32,000 nucleotides of DNA from Pirellula staleyi DSM 6068 (GCA_000025185.1 CP001848.1:5940001-5972000), one strand, 5' to 3'. Positions 15,108-23,693 are shown, counted from the first letter of the stretch. Program-made: numbers and translations. Notes: a model not told the origin generated them from the sequence alone.

Positions 15108-17951
15108 CTAACTGCGAGGCTCGGGACGCCAGCGCCACATCCAAATTAATCGCCGCGCAACGGTGGGGAGCAGCAGATAGCCGATCATCAAGACCCAAAA
15201 GATTCGTGCCGGGGTTAGCATGGCAGGCATAAGATGCAGCGATGTCAGCAGCGCCGCAGCGGTCGGCATACCAACGACAAAGCGACGCTGGCGCGCAAGC
15301 CAGTCGATCACTGGGCTGGGATGTTTTTCTCGGCGTTTCGAGCGCGGCGCAAGCGCGAGCCACATAGCTCCCAGGGCTACGATCAGTAGTGCTAGGGCAA
15401 CTGGCAGAGGTATGCTTTTACGCAGCCCCCCGAGGAGCGCCGGCCAGCGCAGGTCGACTCCTCCATGCCCCAGTTTCAGTAGCAAGAGCATACCGATCGA
15501 CGCAGCAGCCAGCGCGAGCATGATGGCGTAGCTGTATTGAAAAAAGATCCGCTCACTCGTGGATTTCCACTCGCCTGTGCGATGCAGCATCGCGATTTTG
15601 ATCACAGCGGCGAATGCTGCGGCACAAGCAACGTTTTCAAGTATGGCCCACTCGCTCAACCGATAGCCAAACTGCCCCATCCGCAGCATCACCATATCTC
15701 CCATCGCCATCACCCGATCGAGAGCGATGATGGGAATCAGCAGCGTCAGGACTTGGCGATAGAGACCGCCGACTCCCAGAACTAAGGCCCAGCGCGCGTA
15801 GGCAGAATTATTCCGCGCCAGGATGTTCACTCCCCAGTAGTCGTGAAAACGCTTGCAGCGATGGAGCAACTGGCCACGCGCAGTGACCACGACTTCATTG
15901 ACACGAGGCAACCACGTGAGCAGACCGAGCGACGCGACAAACAGCACGCCGCCGAGCATCAGCCCACTTCCCCAGCGAGGTTCATAGGTCAGCCGCACTT
16001 CGGTCGTCCCGACTGGCATGTCGAACTGAATTCGCCCCAGAGGATCTTCTTTGCACAAAACTCGCACCCCATTGCAGCGCACTACGGAGCGTTTTAAGTA
16101 CAGAAAGTTCAGAGTCCCTTGCGAGGCTCGCGAAGCTGGCGCACATGTCGCCTCGAAGCTGCTGAGCTTCTGTCGACACGCGAACGCCTTGGAATCGAGT
16201 TCGGCTGTCCAGATCAGACCGCGAGGATCTTTTACCTCGATCACCCGCAGCATGCTGCGTGATGTGGGCTGCGGCGTTTGCTCGCGATGGAGCAGTTCGT
16301 CGAGAGTTCCCCAGTGATAGATCAGCACTGCAGCGACACCATACTCGCGGAGCATCCGATCATTCCGCAGGTTGGTGGCGATCCGCTGCGAGGCTGGCCA
16401 TGTGGAGACCAGTGGGTCATAACCATCGACCGAGGGAATCTGATAGTAGCTCGCGAAGTTGTGCCCCAGCGAAGTGGAGTAATCCTCGGCGGGATAGCGC
16501 GCTGGCATCTCTGGCTTTACACGCAGCAGCGATGGAGGTGGAAACATCGCGGCAATATCAGGTGCGAGCGCTGGGTAGTTGTTACCGCTGAACGTGCAAA
16601 ACGAAGGTTTGGGAAACGATGCATCGTGCAGCGTCAGGCCGATCGAGGCGAGGCTGAAAACGATCGCAACCAGATTCCACCAGCGACTTGCTCCAGCTAT
16701 GGACTGCAGCACCATCGCCCCCCACAGCAGTGTGAAAAAGGCAACAAATGGCAGGAATTTAATCGGATAGCTGAACTTCGACAGAATCGGCAACACTTGG
16801 TGGAGTCCCCAAAGTGGTGTCGCAGGTCCGAGCGCGAGTAGCAGAAAAACGACGAGCCCCCACCACACCGCCGAGTGGAGCAGTTTGCACTGGCTCCGGC
16901 GCACAACCACTTCGACCAGACTGGCAAGGGCGAGCCAAGCAAACACACCTCCGAAGAAATACATCGATCCGAAGTAGACACCTGCCTCTGTGGGTTCTCG
17001 CCCATCAACGTGCGAGGAAAACTGAAGTGGCATCGGCCACAAGATCGAGTTAAGCGCCTCGTATATGCCAGTCCCCAGTCCACCCTGGCGATTGATTCCC
17101 GAAGTCCCTTCGAGTTGCGTTAGCAGCAGTGGCGCGGCGATAGCAACTCCTAGGGTAAGCGCTACAATGCGACAGATCGTCAGCTTTACGGAACCTCGGT
17201 CCGCAGAGCATTCGCGTGCGTAGTCCAGCAAGGTGGCGCCAAGCACACCCAGCATGACGTAGAACCACATCTGCGCGTTGCCTGCATGGAACAGAGCGCC
17301 GAGCGAAACGCCGAGCAGGAGTGTTGCGAGTCGTTGGTACTTGGTGCTGGAGAGCCACGCGTAACAGCCAGCGGCAAGGGGCCCCCAGAGATAGAGCGGC
17401 GTCATGTAGTACCACGATCGCCCCGCGATGAGTGCATAGCCACTGAGCGCAAGCGAGACCCCGAGCGCGACGCGCAGCCAGGGATGCAGCCCAACCCGCG
17501 CGCCGCACCACCACATCGCCAAGTACCCACCCAGCAAATGGCCGATGCAAAAAATCTCGATGGTATACCGCTCATCTCCCAGGCATTTGGCTAGTGCGTA
17601 AGACGCGTAGGTGGGGGGATAAGTGAGAGCATAGGTCCCACGGTCAGCGAGCGGAGCGCCGAGGAATTGATACGGGTTCCAGTCCGGAAATTCTCCCGCC
17701 TCGAGGCAGCGACAGCCGTGCAGCATCGCAGGAAAGAACTGCGTGTAGTTATCGTCTTGCAAAAAAAACAGTGGCGAGTAATGCTCGATCCCCAGGAGCA
17801 TCGCCGCCACAACGATTAAGCCAACAGCGCACGAAAACAGGCCGCGACGATGATCGCGCTGCCAAGGCTCACTTGCTCCGGCATCGAGCCAGAGTGCTAG
17901 ACGTGCCAAACTCCCTTGAGCTTGGATTAGTACGTTTCGAAGCAATACCAC
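15108..17951 (-). CDS. Large polytopic membrane protein, putative GT-C-fold (YfhO-like) polyprenyl-phosphate-sugar-dependent glycosyltransferase
   Basis: 947-aa ORF with a GTG start 7 nt after the AraD-like stop. An N-terminal region of about 430 aa has many TM helices. A soluble domain of about 200 aa follows, then a second multi-TM region of about 300 aa. The architecture and its neighbours (GT2 and a GtrA-like module) suggest a GT-C enzyme. I did not recognise a diagnostic motif, so the function is inferred. Confidence 0.45.
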   Translation of the reverse strand: MVLLRNVLIQAQGSLARLALWLDAGASEPWQRDHRRGLFSCAVGLIVVAAMLLGIEHYSPLFFLQDDNYTQFFPAMLHGCRCLEAGEFPDWNPYQFLGAPLADRGTYALTYPPTYASYALAKCLGDERYTIEIFCIGHLLGGYLAMWWCGARVGLHPWLRVALGVSLALSGYALIAGRSWYYMTPLYLWGPLAAGCYAWLSSTKYQRLATLLLGVSLGALFHAGNAQMWFYVMLGVLGATLLDYARECSADRGSVKLTICRIVALTLGVAIAAPLLLTQLEGTSGINRQGGLGTGIYEALNSILWPMPLQFSSHVDGREPTEAGVYFGSMYFFGGVFAWLALASLVEVVVRRSQCKLLHSAVWWGLVVFLLLALGPATPLWGLHQVLPILSKFSYPIKFLPFVAFFTLLWGAMVLQSIAGASRWWNLVAIVFSLASIGLTLHDASFPKPSFCTFSGNNYPALAPDIAAMFPPPSLLRVKPEMPARYPAEDYSTSLGHNFASYYQIPSVDGYDPLVSTWPASQRIATNLRNDRMLREYGVAAVLIYHWGTLDELLHREQTPQPTSRSMLRVIEVKDPRGLIWTAELDSKAFACRQKLSSFEATCAPASRASQGTLNFLYLKRSVVRCNGVRVLCKEDPLGRIQFDMPVGTTEVRLTYEPRWGSGLMLGGVLFVASLGLLTWLPRVNEVVVTARGQLLHRCKRFHDYWGVNILARNNSAYARWALVLGVGGLYRQVLTLLIPIIALDRVMAMGDMVMLRMGQFGYRLSEWAILENVACAAAFAAVIKIAMLHRTGEWKSTSERIFFQYSYAIMLALAAASIGMLLLLKLGHGGVDLRWPALLGGLRKSIPLPVALALLIVALGAMWLALAPRSKRREKHPSPVIDWLARQRRFVVGMPTAAALLTSLHLMPAMLTPARIFWVLMIGYLLLPTVARRLIWMWRWRPEPRS

Positions 17952-17958
17952 CGGTGAC

Positions 17959-18690
17959 TTACTCCTCCACCGATGCCATCGTAGGAAGATTCATCGCGGC
18001 AGATCCTACTGTAGGTTCGTTTCGCACCTGTCCATATCGATGCTGGAACCGATCGTTCCACATGGCCACTTGCGTTTGCGAGAGCGACTGAACAGGGCCA
18101 AGCTGCATTGCTAAGTGGACCGTCCGAGCTGCTTGCTCGACTTGCTCCGCGTGATAGATCGCCTTCGCAACACTGCTTCCCCAGCAAAAGACACCATGCT
18201 TTGCCAAGAGAACCGCAGGCGCGACGCTGATCGTCGCCAGGATCGCGCGCCCGATATGATCGGCGACATTATCGGCATAAGGCGCACATGGAATCTCCCC
18301 TCCAAAAACATCGGCGATCCCAGTACAGCAAACAGGAATCGCGCGCTCCTGAATCGCAAACGCCGTGGCGTAAGTGCTGTGCGTATGCACGACACCCCCG
18401 ATCTCGGGCAGGTTTCGATAAAGGAATAAGTGATGGGGCAAATCGACACTGGGACGCAAATCGCCATCGACTACTGCGCCGGTTGCCAAGTCGACTTCGA
18501 CCAAATCCTCGGGTTGAAGCAGATCGTAATCGATCCCCGACGGCTTGATCACAACGCGACCAGCAGCGCGATCGATGCCACTAACGTTCCCCGCATGCCC
18601 TACCACCAGCCCCGCAGATGGCAAACGTTTACAGGCAGCGCATACCGCCACTCGCAAGCGCGACAGACGTTCGTTTCGCTTCGATTCCAT
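17959..18690 (-). CDS. L-ribulose-5-phosphate 4-epimerase family (class II aldolase/adducin fold, AraD/SgbE/UlaF-like)
   Basis: It aligns by eye along its whole length with E. coli AraD: GNVSGIDR, VVIKPSGIDY, RPSVDLPHHLFLY, IGGVVHTHSTYAT, GGEIPC, AKHGVFCWG, and a C-terminal RYGQ. ATG 18690 (MESKRNERL...) fits AraD N-terminal spacing. The alternative TTG 18735 would lie 3 nt from the upstream stop. Confidence 0.85.
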   Translation of the reverse strand: MESKRNERLSRLRVAVCAACKRLPSAGLVVGHAGNVSGIDRAAGRVVIKPSGIDYDLLQPEDLVEVDLATGAVVDGDLRPSVDLPHHLFLYRNLPEIGGVVHTHSTYATAFAIQERAIPVCCTGIADVFGGEIPCAPYADNVADHIGRAILATISVAPAVLLAKHGVFCWGSSVAKAIYHAEQVEQAARTVHLAMQLGPVQSLSQTQVAMWNDRFQHRYGQVRNEPTVGSAAMNLPTMASVEE

Positions 18691-18738
18691 GGCCGTTCCA
18701 CCCTCGCGCTGCCAGCGCAGCTCATCAGGTTGCAAACA

Positions 18739-19431
18739 TCAAATGCTTCCACGATCAAAACTTTTTTCACTGCCAATGCGAGCAACTTCGCTCGCGCTCC
18801 ACTCGCCTGCATTACAGCCAGCCTTCTGCCACAAATCGATCCGTTTGGTGCAAATGGCATCGACACGTATTCCGCGAAGCTGCTGGGCAAACTCGGCAAT
18901 CCATGCCACCGGATGCCCTTGTAGTTCTGGCGAAACGAGGCAAATCTTGAACTTGCCAGCGAGTCGCGCCGCTAGTGGTGCGTCGAGAATCAGTCGCGAA
19001 AAACAATCGATCCAGACCCAGTCGAGACTTCCCGCCAGGGCGAGTGCCCCTTCCACCGGTTCGATCTCACTCACGCGAGCAGCGATACGATGCTCGCCGC
19101 GCTGCGTGAGTTGTCGCACCATCGGCAGCGAGCAATCGAGAAAGAAATAATCGCGCACCGTGCCAGCTCGGGCGATTGCCTCGAGCACGCGCGACTCAAT
19201 CCGTTCACTCTTGATATTCAGGACCATCAGCCCGTGCTGATAATGTGCCAGGTAATCTTCAAAACGCTCGCCCCCCACAAACGGATCGTGCGCTAGGATG
19301 AGTTGATCACCGTGATCGCGCAGATCGAGTTCCACACCGAACTCCCGCGGCGTTGCGCGAAGCTGCTCCACCGTGTTCACACGATGAGCAATCCACGCAA
19401 CCCGATCGAAGCTGCTGATTGGATAATTCAT
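18739..19431 (-). CDS. PLC-like phosphodiesterase TIM-barrel protein (glycerophosphodiester phosphodiesterase-like)
   Basis: Start placed at ATG 19431 (MNYPISSFDRVAWIAHRVNT...), which overlaps the upstream stop as ATGA. The motifs IAHR..N, GVELDLR and LILAHDPF match the H-R/E-x-D/H-D pattern of the GDPD family. The 94 ORF-track codons upstream of it overlap the preceding gene and are rejected. Confidence 0.5.
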   Translation of the reverse strand: MNYPISSFDRVAWIAHRVNTVEQLRATPREFGVELDLRDHGDQLILAHDPFVGGERFEDYLAHYQHGLMVLNIKSERIESRVLEAIARAGTVRDYFFLDCSLPMVRQLTQRGEHRIAARVSEIEPVEGALALAGSLDWVWIDCFSRLILDAPLAARLAGKFKICLVSPELQGHPVAWIAEFAQQLRGIRVDAICTKRIDLWQKAGCNAGEWSASEVARIGSEKSFDRGSI

Positions 19432-20228
19432 CGTGCCGTTCTCCCCGCTGCTTCCAGTGGCAACTGCTCCCAAGCAGCAAGCTCCTCGGGAGTTCCCCAG
19501 CCCAGATAGCGATCGACCTCGAAAACTTCGACGTGTTTTCCTTGCTCGACGAGCAAGTTGGGGACGATGTCGAGATAGAACTCGCCACGGGCCCTGATCT
19601 GCCGTGCGAACATGGTGTCGATTGCGCTGAACATCAACTGCGCCGTGCGGAAGTAGAAGCATCCGCTCACCACATGATCGTTCAGCAACTGCTCCGAGAT
19701 CGGCTGTTTGCACGACACGCGGAGGACGCGACGAGCATTCACTTCAACCCAGCCAAACTGCTGAGGACGTGCAACGACCCGAGGATCACCTCGATAGGTC
19801 CACACCAGCGCGTCGACGTCGCGCGCGGCAGCTTCCGACCAAGCTGCTGGCGAGTACCGATGTGAATTATCGCAGGCACCGACGAGCACCGGGAGCGCGG
19901 GATCGAGCAGCGGCTCGGCAAGTTTTACCGTCGCAGCCTGCCCCGCCGTTAAGCCTTCGACGAAGAGCCATTCAGCGTGGGGCAGGAACTCCGAAACTCG
20001 TGCGCGAAGCTGATGCTTACGATCATGCTCGGCACGGGCCACCAGAACAAGTCGACTCGCCTCGGGCATATCGGCGAGCGCGCGAACGATCATCGGTATC
20101 CCATCAACCGGTATCAATGGCTTGGGAAGTTCGAAGCCTACGTCGGCGAATCGGCTCCCCTCCCCCGCCATCGGCACAACGATCTGGAGCGGCGCTGCGG
20201 CACCGAGTTCCGCTTCGTAAGGCTTCAT
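19428..20228 (-). CDS. Sugar-phosphate nucleotidyltransferase (NTP_transferase-type)
   Basis: The N-terminal signature IVVPMAGEGSRFADVGFELPKPLIPVDGIPMIV matches (G)xGxR...PKPL.p. Both ends overlap their neighbours as ATGA (20225-20228 and 19428-19431). Confidence 0.75.
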   Translation of the reverse strand: MKPYEAELGAAAPLQIVVPMAGEGSRFADVGFELPKPLIPVDGIPMIVRALADMPEASRLVLVARAEHDRKHQLRARVSEFLPHAEWLFVEGLTAGQAATVKLAEPLLDPALPVLVGACDNSHRYSPAAWSEAAARDVDALVWTYRGDPRVVARPQQFGWVEVNARRVLRVSCKQPISEQLLNDHVVSGCFYFRTAQLMFSAIDTMFARQIRARGEFYLDIVPNLLVEQGKHVEVFEVDRYLGWGTPEELAAWEQLPLEAAGRTAR

Positions 20229-21751
20229 CGGGACGCTCCTACCGGCGGCCGATACGCCCGAGAGAGCCCCCAGCGATCGCGTGCAAAGAGCCGCGGCTCC
20301 AGTTCTTGCGAGAGATTAACAAACGATCCGTAACGCGGTGTCACCATCATCTCGATCGGATAGAGGTGCGGGATCTCGAGACGAAAAGCATCGGCTCGCG
20401 CGATTCCTAAGTGCCGCGCGAGGAGGACTCGGAGCACCCCTTGATGCGTAGCGATGACACCGTGCGAAATACTCGATTCCGTTAGTTCCGTAACGAATGC
20501 ATCGAGACGCGTTTCGAGATCGGCTGTGCAATCACCACCAGGAAAGGCAGGGTCTTCACCACGCGTCCAGGCATCGAAGAGTTCCGGAAACTGCTGCCGA
20601 GTGGCATCGACCGTTAGACCTTCGCACGCGCCGTAGTTGAGTTCGCGAAGACGCTCATCGGTAGAAATGAACGCAGGTGATTCAGGATAAGTGCGCCGCA
20701 GCAGTTCGATCGACTCGGTAGCGCGTCGCAGGGGGGAACTAATCCAAGTCACATCGCTCCACGGAACTTGTTTCCAAGCGACAGGTGGTGAGGGCTGCTG
20801 CTCGTCGATTGAGAGATCCGTACTACCGACGAAACGTCGCGGGCCGCGAGAAAGTGGCGTGGCTGCATGCCGAAACCACCAGAAACTCCGAGCTTTTTGC
20901 TGAAATTCTTCTGCGAACTGCTGCTGAAAGGTCTGCAGGAACAGCTCAAGCAGCGACTGACACTGCTCGGGGAGCGCTGCGAAGTCGCGGATCGTTTTAC
21001 GACGCGTGAGTTCGAGGAAAAGAGGCTCAAGCAGTTCTCGATGCGCGGGCATTTCGCGAAAGTATCGCTCGGAAATTTCCTGGGCCGTAAGTGCCAGATT
21101 TTGTCGCGCGATGAGCTTCAGGAAGTTCAGCATCAGGAACTTCATGACGTGATAGCCAAACTCGAGACGGTCGCGCATCGTCATCGGCTGTCGACACGGA
21201 ACTTCCAAGAGACGCTGGTCGACAAATTCAATGCGTCGAAACGAAAGCTCCCCCGCCGCGAGATCCGCCAGATAGTCCCCTGCTCCACGTCGCGCCTGAG
21301 CCAGGTGTCGAGGCTGCAGCAGTGGGCATGGAAAGATCTCGGCCAGTGAGTTCTTGAACCAGCGACGGGAACGCTGCCAGTCGAAACAGGTGAGGGGACT
21401 TGCGAGAACATGGTCGCGATGCGAATCAGGCGAATACATCATCAGATGCAGCACCGCAGTCCCCGGCGCATCGAGCTTGCGTGGCCCGAGCGTATCGTTG
21501 ACCACTAGCGAAAGTCCGTGCTGCTCGACAACATCAGCTAACGCGCGAGAAAAATGTTCGCGGCACTTCTGGAAAGTCGTCGTCGTGAGTGGCTCGACAA
21601 CCACCACAACATCGATATCGGCAATCGCATCGAGAGAGCGAGCGCTATCAAAACTTCCCGTGATCGTGGCGGAAACAACCTCCTCGAGATCTCCTGCGAC
21701 TTGTTCCATCGCCTGCTCGATCTCTCGCTTGAGAAACTCGCTGGCGCTCAT
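20225..21751 (-). CDS. Fusion protein: Pol-beta-type nucleotidyltransferase fold + helical domain + histidine phosphatase (phosphoglycerate-mutase-like) domain
   Basis: N-terminus: ITGSFDSARSLDAIADIDVVVVV, a GS...DxD minimal NTase signature. C-terminal third: WWFRHAATP (RHG-type motif), SSPLRRATES, ELNYGACEGL, IATHQGVLRVLLA. The start ATG overlaps the upstream TGA (21748-21751). Confidence 0.65.
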   Translation of the reverse strand: MSASEFLKREIEQAMEQVAGDLEEVVSATITGSFDSARSLDAIADIDVVVVVEPLTTTTFQKCREHFSRALADVVEQHGLSLVVNDTLGPRKLDAPGTAVLHLMMYSPDSHRDHVLASPLTCFDWQRSRRWFKNSLAEIFPCPLLQPRHLAQARRGAGDYLADLAAGELSFRRIEFVDQRLLEVPCRQPMTMRDRLEFGYHVMKFLMLNFLKLIARQNLALTAQEISERYFREMPAHRELLEPLFLELTRRKTIRDFAALPEQCQSLLELFLQTFQQQFAEEFQQKARSFWWFRHAATPLSRGPRRFVGSTDLSIDEQQPSPPVAWKQVPWSDVTWISSPLRRATESIELLRRTYPESPAFISTDERLRELNYGACEGLTVDATRQQFPELFDAWTRGEDPAFPGGDCTADLETRLDAFVTELTESSISHGVIATHQGVLRVLLARHLGIARADAFRLEIPHLYPIEMMVTPRYGSFVNLSQELEPRLFARDRWGLSRAYRPPVGASR

Positions 21752-22872
21752 GTTTCGGCGATCCCTTCCATCAGCATCAGCGCTGCACGGAGCGGATGCT
21801 GTGCGCTGGTGACCGCCGAACTCGAGACCAGAATTCGCGATGGAATGCGCGGCAACGTAGCGAGCGAAACTCCCCCATCAAACATCGTCTGAAAGTGGTA
21901 GCGATTTTCGAGATTCACCAGCTCGGTAGCGATCGCAATCGCCTCTTCGCGAATCGGCTGCCCCGATTGTCCCGGTCGCTCGATACCGAGGACCATGACG
22001 TAGTCGACCATCGGTAGAAAGCGGAGCAAATCGGAGAATCTCATCGCGCCATGCCACACCACCCCGACACGGAGCGATAGCTCTCGCGCTCGAGCAATCA
22101 CGTCGAGTGGATCGTCTTCTCCATCGGGATGAAACAGCACGGTGTCGACTTGCGGCCCCAACTCCTCAGTCCAGCGCAGAGGGGTGCGCGACATGATATG
22201 CAGCACCAGCGGCTGCCATGTCCAGTGCTCGCGCGCGGCAGCAATGCGGCTGCTGTCGATCGGCGCTGCGTTGGGATCGAGCGTGCGATCGATTAGGTCG
22301 AAATGGACATGGTCACAGGCATCGCGAAGGTGCTCGAGTTCGTGCGGGCCAGGTCGATCGCTATTGAGATAGATCGCGAGCCCGAGATTGCGACTCAAGC
22401 GGTGAAAAGTCCAGCGGCGATGGACAATATAAATCACTCCGCAAAGGGCCCCGGAAGCGACCAATCGGCCAATCGAATAGGGCATCACCTCGAACAAGCG
22501 GAGGGCGTAGGCGAGTCCAAGATTGAGCGACAAGCTGACAAGCGAGACGATTCCGTAGACCAGAATGGCGCGCAGCTGACGCGAGGGGGTCACTTGGAAA
22601 TTGAACTGCACGTTAACGACTGCGGCGATCAGCATGCCGACAACGAAGGCGAGACTAGCCCGCATCACCCAGGGCCAGTTTTGCGGGAGTAAGGACTCGA
22701 TCAGCACCGCTTCGAGCACCAGCGAAGCGAGTCCCACGATTAAGAACACACCCAGGTGACGATAGCGCCAGCTGATCATCGTCGCGAATCGGCGCAAGTT
22801 GGTTCGCCAGGGAATGGCGGGCGAGAGTGGACGTCGCATCGCGGACGACAATGTTCCACCGGATTGTTGCAT
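21748..22872 (-). CDS. Fusion protein: GtrA-like four-helix membrane module + ribulose-phosphate 3-epimerase-like TIM barrel
   Basis: The N-terminal ~160 aa have four TM helices ending in IVHRRWTFHR, a GtrA-family hallmark. The C-terminal part aligns by eye with E. coli Rpe: HVHFDLID (cf. VHFDVMD), LVLHIMSRTP (cf. DVHLMV), VDYVMVLGIERPGQSGQPI (cf. LDVILLMSVNPGFGGQSF), TMFDGGVS (cf. EVDGGV). The metal/catalytic His, Asp, His and Asp positions appear retained. Confidence 0.7.
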   Translation of the reverse strand: MQQSGGTLSSAMRRPLSPAIPWRTNLRRFATMISWRYRHLGVFLIVGLASLVLEAVLIESLLPQNWPWVMRASLAFVVGMLIAAVVNVQFNFQVTPSRQLRAILVYGIVSLVSLSLNLGLAYALRLFEVMPYSIGRLVASGALCGVIYIVHRRWTFHRLSRNLGLAIYLNSDRPGPHELEHLRDACDHVHFDLIDRTLDPNAAPIDSSRIAAAREHWTWQPLVLHIMSRTPLRWTEELGPQVDTVLFHPDGEDDPLDVIARARELSLRVGVVWHGAMRFSDLLRFLPMVDYVMVLGIERPGQSGQPIREEAIAIATELVNLENRYHFQTMFDGGVSLATLPRIPSRILVSSSAVTSAQHPLRAALMLMEGIAET

Positions 22873-22929
22873 GGAAGAACCCGCGCATGCTGAGGCCTAA
22901 TAGCCGCCTGGAGTTGCGGCGACCAAAGG

Positions 22930-23586
22930 CTACATTGCCCCCGGAATCGCCAAGGCCTGACTCTCAGCCACTGCCTCGAGTTCTAGACGAATTATGTGAA
23001 GACTCGTCAAAGAGAAGTCGTTCGTTATGGAGAACTCTTGCACCATGGGCCACGCGATCGATGCTGCGGAGGGTGGCAGCGATGCAATCGTAAGATGCGG
23101 AATCCAGTCGTCACCCGTGTAAGGAAAGCCCCACGTTTCGATCGATTGTTGGCGGAGGGGCGAGAGCCGGTCCCAAGCTGCTGTGTAAAGTTCGAGTGAA
23201 GCTTGGCGATCGCGCTGACCGGCCACTCCTTCTAGCAGCGTGGTCTGCAAATGGCGGAGCGTTTGTGTGCTTGAAGCGTTTAGCGTGCAGACGATCGTCG
23301 ATTCCCCAGTGAGCGGATCGGCTTCAAAGAGATGCCAGCCAGCCGTTTGTAGTCGCGGAAACGTTGTTTGTGCGAGCCACTGTGAGAGGCAATGTGTCAT
23401 CTCGCTGCGCTGGCGAAAACAGCTTTTGGTCAGCGTGATGTGGGGGGGATGATCGAGATAACGCTGCGGTCCGACCTTGCGCGCGACAGCCTGTTTGACA
23501 CTCTCGATCTGCTCGGCAAGTCGCTCGTCGGGCAGAAGCAAAAGGGCATAGCAGTCGGCCGTCATGGAGGGTTCTGCGCTAGTCAA
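22930..23586 (-). CDS. 2H phosphoesterase superfamily protein (LigT / cyclic phosphodiesterase-like)
   Basis: 218-aa ORF with the two diagnostic H-x-T-x motifs in the expected halves: HPPHITLT and IPHLTIAS. Confidence 0.65.
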   Translation of the reverse strand: MTSAEPSMTADCYALLLLPDERLAEQIESVKQAVARKVGPQRYLDHPPHITLTKSCFRQRSEMTHCLSQWLAQTTFPRLQTAGWHLFEADPLTGESTIVCTLNASSTQTLRHLQTTLLEGVAGQRDRQASLELYTAAWDRLSPLRQQSIETWGFPYTGDDWIPHLTIASLPPSAASIAWPMVQEFSITNDFSLTSLHIIRLELEAVAESQALAIPGAM

Positions 23587-23693
23587 GATCGAGGATCCCT
23601 CCCTTACACTAGGTAAAGTTTACTGCGTGAAGCAGAGGCAAACGCTTGATTAAGTATCAATTCTGTCACAACTGCAAAGGAATCAGGCACCCC

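Noticed and set aside
15220-17594. Multiple 80-190-aa ORFs on both strands within the 947-aa membrane-protein gene
   Set aside because: They are shadow ORFs. The long frame has a consistent hydrophobic-helix periodicity and is coupled to the upstream operon.
19432-19713. 94-codon N-terminal extension of the GDPD-like ORF
   Set aside because: It overlaps the well-supported nucleotidyltransferase gene in another frame. ATG 19431 gives the ATGA overlap pattern seen at the other junctions.
20225-23586. NTase fold + 2H phosphoesterase + phosphatase read as a nucleotide-second-messenger anti-phage system (CBASS/Thoeris-like logic)
   Set aside because: No effector, sensor or cyclase-type (GGDEF/CD-NTase) motifs were recognised. 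The genes are translationally coupled to GtrA, RPE, AraD, GT2 and GT-C-like envelope genes. A sugar-phosphate metabolic role is therefore the more economical reading.
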